NCBI GenBank assembly: GCA_963422205.2
Contig: CAXMWX010000005.1
Location: 772,316-836,315, forward strand
DNA: 64,000 bases
Reading direction: 5' to 3'
Origin: Gammaproteobacteria bacterium
Lineage (GTDB): Bacteria > Pseudomonadota > Gammaproteobacteria > Eutrophobiales > Eutrophobiaceae
Part shown: in pieces, positions 59,601-64,000 of the stretch
Position numbering within the stretch: the stretch's first letter is position 1
How the letters are laid out: each line of letters begins with the position of its first letter
Made by a program: the position numbers and the translations under genes
Notes under the pieces: model-generated
The model's input: only the letters and a program-made list of their open reading frames with translations
Told to the model about the DNA's origin: nothing
Databases searched by the model: none

Positions 59601-59909
59601 GTTTAGATAAATCTGTTTTCGATCTCTCATGGACAGACATATGTTGACTCATCTGATTTGTTTTAAAAACAACGGCTATCAAAACTAGTGTGTGGCCTTT
59701 TTTTAAATTACCTAAATTTTCACAAATAGTTTCTCTTCCACTCCACCGTCCATTATTCATGCAAATTCGCCATCTGGAACCACGAAGATACTGATATGAT
59801 CTGCAATTAAAGGTTAAGTTGGTTCCAACATAATAAGGCGGAGGACTCCAGTTTAAAATTTCACCCGACATTGCCTCAATAGCATTTTTAGGATCTTGGC
59901 AGGCGACTC
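26517..59909 (-). CDS. CFB: Complement factor B/C2-like protease gene (CCP-CCP-vWA-trypsin-like SP), 14 exons visible, 5' part not seen
   Basis: Exons 59712-59909, 59249-59437, 58966-59195, 58422-58557, 57695-57832, 56938-57008, 48562-48727, 47767-47912, 33769-33898, 33302-33423, 32667-32865, 31148-31313, 26928-27075, 26517-26693. All are GT-AG with consistent phases, giving ~738 codons without an internal stop. MIDAS DLSRS...SGTHT...LTDG; triad TAAH, DYDIAL, GDSGG. Confidence 0.9.
26928..27075 (-). CDS. CFB: Bf-like exon: catalytic Ser
   Basis: MICAS...IDSCHGDSGGPLV; Ser codon AGC; phase 2-0. Confidence 0.92.
27270..30120 (+). mobile_element. Decayed CR1/L2-group LINE fragments (endonuclease and RT) interrupted by MITEs
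   Basis: PSRITSSSATVLDHV...ITDHFPI (AP endonuclease end), GIFPNKLKLAKVVPVFKKG, KAFDS, YGVPQGSILG; a separate post-RT fragment at 27270-27637. Confidence 0.8.
29682..29826. mobile_element. Short hAT-type MITE (also 46458-46636 and 49068-49204)
   Basis: YAGAGCCGGCG...CGCCGGCCCTG termini; perfect 8-bp TSDs GCATCATC, TTTAGTGA and ACTCTACA respectively. Confidence 0.85.
30713..30818 (+). promoter_or_regulatory. Putative pseudo-LTR promoter: clustered CCAAT boxes and TATA box
   Basis: CCAATCAGA three times plus one inverted ATTGG, followed by TATAAA at ~30811. Confidence 0.5.
30850..30887 (+). ncRNA. Minimal type I hammerhead ribozyme motif
   Basis: TTTCCC-CTGAAGA-GTGTCGGAT-GAAA-AGCT-TC-GGGAAA: 6-bp stem I, very short stem II, palindromic AAGCTT stem III; predicted cut after 30881. 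Confidence 0.65.
31148..31313 (-). CDS. CFB: Bf-like exon: protease
   Basis: AVVTGFGSTE...SETLQQG; phase 1-2. Confidence 0.85.
32000..32385 (-). mobile_element. LINE 3' end fragment
   Basis: ORF2 C-terminal-like peptide (CSARTLHIEHGVNTFDDILRKYTFSF) and (AAAT)n-like tail. Confidence 0.5.
32667..32865 (-). CDS. CFB: Bf-like exon: protease
   Basis: FIRPVCLPC motif characteristic of Bf/C2; phase 0-1. Confidence 0.9.
33302..33423 (-). CDS. CFB: Bf-like exon: catalytic Asp
   Basis: YHAHPQFNNFKFDYDIAL; phase 1-0. Confidence 0.9.
33769..33898 (-). CDS. CFB: Bf-like exon: catalytic His
   Basis: NFIGGGSLINHRWVLTAAHLF; phase 0-1. Confidence 0.9.
34427..34938. mobile_element. MITE with GTATTT/AAATAC subterminal arrays
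   Basis: Termini CAGATTTGG / CCAAGTCTG; dense GTATTT repeats at both ends; TSD not clear. Confidence 0.55.
35500..35539 (-). ncRNA. Type I hammerhead motif (326-nt element, copy 1)
   Basis: TCTAC-CTGATGA-GCGATCAAACCGC-GAAA-CTTC-TC-GTCGA; core intact, single mismatches in stems I and II. Confidence 0.75.
36465..36504 (-). ncRNA. Type I hammerhead motif (326-nt element, copy 2; C3U change)
   Basis: TCTAC-TTGATGA-GTGGTCAAACCGC-GAAA-CTAG-TC-GTAGA. Confidence 0.7.
36541..36580 (+). ncRNA. Type I hammerhead motif (326-nt element, inverted copy 3; G8A change)
   Basis: TCTAC-CTGATAA-GCGGTCAAACCAC-GAAA-CTAG-TC-GTAGA. Confidence 0.7.
37940..37987 (+). ncRNA. Type I hammerhead ribozyme (341-nt element, copy 1)
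   Basis: AGGGCGG-CTGATGA-A-GGCT AAT AGCC-A-GAA-ACAGCGCTGT-C-TCGCTCT: 7-bp stem I, 4-bp stem II, palindromic stem III, GUC site ending at 37980. Confidence 0.85.
38281..38328 (+). ncRNA. Type I hammerhead ribozyme (341-nt element, copy 2)
   Basis: Same motif with one stem II mismatch (GGCTAATAACC); GUC ends at 38321. Confidence 0.8.
38621..38668 (+). ncRNA. Type I hammerhead ribozyme (341-nt element, copy 3)
   Basis: Same motif, stem II GGCTATTAGCC; GUC ends at 38661. Confidence 0.85.
42497..42828. mobile_element. CACTA/EnSpm-like MITE inserted in BEL gag
   Basis: CAC...CAGTG termini, TA on both sides, internal TTGGGTC/GACCCAA repeats. Confidence 0.6.
43520..43609 (+). pseudogene. pogo/CENP-B-type DDE_1 transposase fragment
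   Basis: Translates as SATSGERGVTTTIMACSNAAGT*VPPMMIF, with an in-frame stop. Confidence 0.7.
45270..45985 (+). mobile_element. CR1/L2-group LINE 3' end
   Basis: RSIKIAGVKVWNGLP-type C-terminus, 3' stem GGCTGC...GCAGCC and AATAAA tail; similar in layout to the 3' end at ~53830-54030. Confidence 0.6.
46731..47035 (+). repeat. Tandem duplication, ~175-bp period
   Basis: ATTCTATTTGAATAAGATGACT...GCTAAGAAATAC occurs at 46731 and ~46907. Confidence 0.8.
47767..47912 (-). CDS. CFB: Bf-like exon: protease N-terminus
   Basis: DYSQCG...IGR-VSGGFDADLYSWPWQVAI; phase 1-0. Confidence 0.9.
47952..48256. mobile_element. hAT-type MITE with ACTCGG arrays
   Basis: TAGGGATGTGCC / GGCACATCCCTA; perfect TSD AGTTGAAG. 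Confidence 0.85.
48562..48727 (-). CDS. CFB: Bf-like exon: vWA end
   Basis: FYSITTC...YEELLGLAGGNPDNFILIDNF; phase 0-1. Confidence 0.85.
50553..53804 (+). mobile_element. Near full-length but decayed RTE-clade LINE
   Basis: AP endonuclease GNWNVSSLTGKEQEL, TDHHLV; RT QCGFR...TMDQIF...FVDLEKAY, GLRQGCSLSP, FKYLG; GAAT-repeat tail; approximate TSD GTACGGTACT/GTACAGTACT. Confidence 0.9.
53825..56020 (-). mobile_element. 5'-truncated CR1/L2-group LINE with RT domain
   Basis: ORF 54828-55874: QYGFR, LDIKKAFDTVDH, GVPQESTLGPLLF, LFADDT; frameshifted C-terminus; (AATC)n/(AAAT)n tail near 53832-53857. Confidence 0.9.
56170..56664. mobile_element. hAT-type MITE with ATCGA arrays
   Basis: CAGGGCTGG / CCAACCCTG; perfect TSD ATTATAAC. 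Confidence 0.8.
56938..57008 (-). CDS. CFB: Bf-like exon: vWA
   Basis: (G)KHNEGRPPQDKVAEILTLPYPIT; phase 1-0. Confidence 0.8.
57051..57465. mobile_element. Two small MITEs with GAGTTC repeats
   Basis: CAGGGCTGCGAACTC...GAGTTCGCAGCCCTG (57051-57188) and a degenerate second copy at ~57350-57465. Confidence 0.65.
57695..57832 (-). CDS. CFB: Bf-like exon: vWA
   Basis: RSGTHTILAL...RHVFILTD(G); phase 1-1. Confidence 0.85.
58422..58557 (-). CDS. CFB: Bf-like exon: vWA
   Basis: LTANATGAIEYGIIVFASAAKDIF; not in the ORF track; phase 0-1. Confidence 0.85.
58966..59195 (-). CDS. CFB: Bf-like exon: linker, putative scissile GR-FI site and vWA start
   Basis: NIGRFISAS...EIYFLFDLSRSV (DxSxS); phase 1-0. 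Confidence 0.9.
59249..59437 (-). CDS. CFB: Bf-like exon: CCP/sushi domain
   Basis: RCLHPGVPIGG...FAVGSILRFSC...LVGDAEQEC...WSGSAAPKC; phase 1-1. Confidence 0.9.
59712..59909 (-). CDS. CFB: Bf-like exon: CCP/sushi domain
   Basis: VACQDPK...YYVGTNLTFNC...LRGSRWRICMNNGRWSGRETIC; phase 1-1. Confidence 0.9.
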
Positions 59910-60017
59910 CTGAAAAAAACATGTTAAAAAGCGCTAGCAGATTTGAAAGCGGCAAAGGCTTGCAGATTTACTGTAGATAAAAAATTACGAATTTTTGGCC
60001 ATAAAATATGTATACCA

Positions 60018-60425
60018 CACTGTAAATCAAATTGGGTAACGTAGACCCAAAAAAAAAAAAAAACTTGGGTTATCATTTTGGGCTCGAAGGCTGAGAAACC
60101 CAATTTGCCAACTTGGGTAATAACGACCCAATTTACAAAGTTGGGTTTGTTAACCCAATATCCATAACCCAAGTACAGTGGGTAACTTGACCCAAACTAC
60201 AAACTTGGGTCTTTAAACCTAATTGAAAATTTTGGGCTCGAAGGCTGAGAAACCCAATTTGTCAACTTGGGTAATAACGACCCAAATTTTTAATTTGGGT
60301 GTTTAACCTTAAATCTTGTAGATCAAGAAAATTGGGTAATTAATACCCAAGCTGAAAATTTGGGCGCTTTGTCCCAAAAGCTTTTAGCTAAGGAAAAAAG
60401 CCCAATTTTCAGATTTGGGTTTTCC
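60018..60425 (+). mobile_element. Terminus of a CACTA/EnSpm-like element with TTGGGT/ACCCAA subterminal inverted repeats
   Basis: Starts CACTGTAAA; more than 15 TTGGG/CCCAA motifs; ~55-bp block repeated at ~60076 and ~60230; the other end was not identified. Confidence 0.55.
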
Positions 60426-61969
60426 GATTAATATTTGTGAATGCGTTTTTGCTTAACTCGTAATCACAACAGTCGTCATAATCACTTAATAATGGAGGGT
60501 TCACAAGAAATGCACAACAAAATATTGCAATAATGCTTTATATTGTCAAAAGAAATAGGTACAAATTAAATGTTCAACAAATAACAGCATTGATTATTTG
60601 AACATGTTTAGGTTCACATATGAAGCGATTACAAATAAAACTGATCCAAACGATGTAAATATTATGCGATTATGACCTCAATTTAAATGAGAATTGCAAG
60701 TAACCAATTCCTGCAAGCACAAATAGAAATCTGCCACAACCATATGCAAACCCAAGCATTTTTAACTCACAAATGTATGTAAAAAAATAAACAATCATAG
60801 ATACGGAGCAGTTACAGTATGCTACTCAAAGAATAAAAAATGAAGTGCATACGCAGAGACAATACAAAATAATGCTTTTGCAAAGATACAAAATAATGAA
60901 GTATTATGATACATAAAATTAATTAATTTCAGTTATTATCAACAATTTACTGTGCACTTTAAGTGCAAACTATTGTGCGCTCACAAAAACAAGGTTAGCA
61001 GCAATCAAGTTTAACAAGATGTTAAAAGGCAATTACAGTAGCTCTCAACCATAACCAAAAGCTTGTGTCACGAAGGTTTCGACTATGCCTAATTATATTT
61101 ACGTTATGTCAGTCAGATATTTCGCTGAAGCAAAATTATGTCAATAAGCAACCAGCCACAGTCATGATGTTGCATAAAAACTAACCAAACAAAATAGGCT
61201 AAAAAAACATGACACCCATACGTTAGAATAGAACACAGGAAACAAAGACGGGCAAACAATGTTTAGTGCAAATGTTATACAATCGGTAAGCAGCAACACA
61301 CTTCTTTGGAATAAATTCGACAAGTTATCAGTTCAAAGTTTTCCCCCTAAAACGTCTGTTTTCGCATATTATGCATCTGAGAAGTTTTTATTTTACCATT
61401 TGTCTCAATTGTTTTTTCCGTTTGCTTTCATTCAAGCCTTTTGTGCTATTCAGGACGCATTAGATAGCATCAACTGTCTGCAGAATTTAGTGTTTCGATG
61501 CACATTCTTCGCAGAATTCCCTAAAAAGATGGAGCAATTGTAAGCCCAAATATTGTATATAAATAATGAGCCAGAAAAGCGCATGATGAAAATAAAAATT
61601 TCCATCAGATTATATAAATTGCAGTATTTGAGAGAAACCGTTTAAACTTGGGCTTATGTCCAGCAGTGCTTTTGTTAAATTTCAACTATGAAAAACAGTT
61701 TGGAATGACTGGGTAAGAAAAAGCAAACTGGAGAGCCCGCGTATCTGCTTTGGTAGGCTTTCATTTAAGGTCAAATCTTCAGCAGTTCGAGTGAAGGGGT
61801 GTCTTAGATATAGAACAAAAGAGACAATTCGGTTTTATTGTAGCGTGAAGCAATATGGTAATAACAAGACATATAGCGTTTCAAACCAAATTATTATTTA
61901 CTCCGATCTACAGTGCGAACAGGTCTTTTGGAACTGAACAGTTTTATGCGTTGATGAAAACCTTTTGCG

Positions 61970-64000
61970 CGTTATAGACAGGCAAGTAAACCAATGCCAT
62001 AGAAAGATTATAGCCAGTATATTTGCAATCATACTCACAAACGTTTCGGTAAAAACTTATACCATCATCAGTGTGAAACTACATAGGCACTAGGCTAGAA
62101 TAACCAGCACAAGAAAGAAATTATTTTAAATACAGCATAACTATTACGTCATAAACAAAGTAGTTGGGATTTACGTAAAATATAACTAAAGGGGCAAATT
62201 AAACAATTACGTGCAACTGGAGTGACTAGATTAGTAGTAGGATTATTAAGTACAAACACTGTAGGATTAATTAAATCATAACTAAAAAAAGACGTTGAAT
62301 ATAAATGGAAATTAAACACGTTACTAATTGCGATTTAGGCCTACACGAATATTGTGCGAAGTGAGCTAAATGTTAAATAGGTAGATGGGGTTGGAAGAGT
62401 CATCAATATTTAATTGTGGTTGAAGATTTTGGATGAGTAGAGTTTCTTTGATGCGGAGTTTTCGGATATTATTGCTGTGAGCTAGTATTTCGGGGGAATG
62501 AAAGTTCATCGTATGGTCTGGGTTATTTTTCAAGTGTTGGGACACATCAGTTTCATTCTTAGTTGAGTTTTTTGGCATATGGTCATTGATTCTAATCTTC
62601 AAATTTCTTTTGGTTTGTCCAATGTATGATTGTCCGCATGAGCAATTGAGTTTATACACTACTCCTGAGCTGTGTAGCAGTGTTTGACGGTCCTTGTACC
62701 TGAATTTTTGGCCAATAGTTGTTGTTTCGTGTACCATAACAAATTTTGATTTTTGGGAAAGTTTTTTGAATAGATATTGCCGAATTTCTTTTTCAATTTG
62801 ATGAGACATGTCTCCGATATACGGTAGTTTTACAATCGAGAATATGGGTCTTGTTTTGCTTTCAGAGTCTAGTTTTTCTTCGACTTCTGGAGTTTTTACT
62901 TTTTCATGCATTTTGTTGAAAAAAATTCGAATTTGCTGATTAAGAAATCCAGTCGGATAGCCGTTTTTCTCTAGCATGGTGGAAATAATTTTGAAATCTT
63001 CGTGGATAAGTGAATAGGAATTGCAAATTTTGTAAGCTCTGTGCAAGAGGTTCCTCACTAAATCAATCTTGTATTTCAGAGGCACAAAGCTTTGCCACTT
63101 GATGTAAAGTCCGGTATGAGTGGGTTTACGGTACGTTTTTAAGGCTAGTTTTCCATCTTGATTACTAATCCATACATCCAAGAAAGCCAATTGGTTGTTC
63201 TGGGCCAGTTCATAGGTAAATTGTATGTTAGGGTGAATAGAATTAAGATGTTTGTAAAATTCGGTAATGTGGGCGCGTTTTTCAAAAGTAGCAAAGCACG
63301 CGTTTTTCAAAATTATCCACGAAGATTTCAAAATTATTTCCACCATGCTAGAGAAAAACGGCTATCCGACTGGATTTCTTAATCAGCAAATTCGAATTTT
63401 TTTCAACAAAATGCATGAAAAAGTAAAAACTCCAGAAGTCGAAGAAAAACTAGACTCTGAAAGCAAAACAAGATCCATATTCTCGATTGTAAAACTACCG
63501 TATATCGGAGACATGTCTCATCAAATTGAAAAAGAAATTCGGCAATATCTATTCAAAAAACTTTCCCAAAAATCAAAATTTGTTATGGTACACGAAACAA
63601 CAACTATTGGCCAAAATTCAGGTACAAGGACCGTCAAACACTGCTACACAGCTCAGGAGTAGTGTATAAACTCAATTGCTCATGCGGACAATCATACATT
63701 GGACAAACCAAAAGAAATTTGAAGATTAGAATCAATGACCATATGCCAAAAAACTCAACTAAGAATGAAACTGATGTGTCCCAACACTTGAAAAATAACC
63801 CAGACCATACGATGAACTTTCATTCCCCCGAAATACTAGCTCACAGCAATAATATCCGAAAACTCCGCATCAAAGAAACTCTACTCATCCAAAATCTTCA
63901 ACCACAATTAAATATTGATGACTCTTCCAACCCCATCTACCTATTTAACATTTAGCTCACTTCGCACAATATTCGTGTAGGCCTAAATCGCAATTAGTAA
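61970..64000. mobile_element. Young Penelope-like retroelement, 5'-truncated, with head-to-head inverted duplicate running out of the window
   Basis: Minus copy has an open frame: IQFTYE, LAFLDV, TYRKPTHTGLY (RT), then VVYKLNCSCGQSYIGQTKRNLKIRINDH...KETLLI...PQLN (GIY-YIG). Segment 63313-64000 is the reverse complement of 62321-63009. Confidence 0.93.
62035..62076 (-). ncRNA. Minimal type I hammerhead motif in the Penelope pseudo-LTR
   Basis: TCACA-CTGATGA-T-GGTA TAAGTTTT TACC-GAA-ACGT-T-TGTGA; palindromic stem III. Confidence 0.78.

Noticed and set aside
60430-61960. Additional 5' Bf exons
   Set aside because: No phase-1 cysteine-patterned CCP or LDLa exon found; the candidate acceptor near 61521 runs into stops.

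Overview
AT-rich, transposon-dense animal genomic DNA, most likely from an ascidian (inferred from the complement factor B signature). Two host genes are visible: IFT80 with an intronless CDS (+, 10953-13235) and a complement factor B/C2-like gene (- strand). For the latter I could splice 14 GT-AG exons by hand from 59909 to 26517 (CCP-CCP-vWA-serine protease); its 5' exons probably lie beyond the window. The rest is nested mobile DNA: hAT and pogo MITEs, a Chapaev3-type element, a decayed BEL/Pao retrotransposon, RTE and CR1/L2-type LINEs, tRNA-derived SINEs and two Penelope-like (GIY-YIG) elements. The main signal is eight type I hammerhead ribozyme motifs in four elements. Two of these elements are non-coding retrozyme-like insertions: a tandem 341-nt unit (37687-38675) and a 326-nt unit with a tRNA-like head (35439-36678). 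Each has an 11-bp target-site duplication and a 5' fold-back inversion, and a very young Penelope element at 62-64 kb shows the same head-to-head inversion. This suggests Penelope-mobilised, self-cleaving, possibly circular RNAs. All coordinates were read by eye; no folding, alignment or database search was run.
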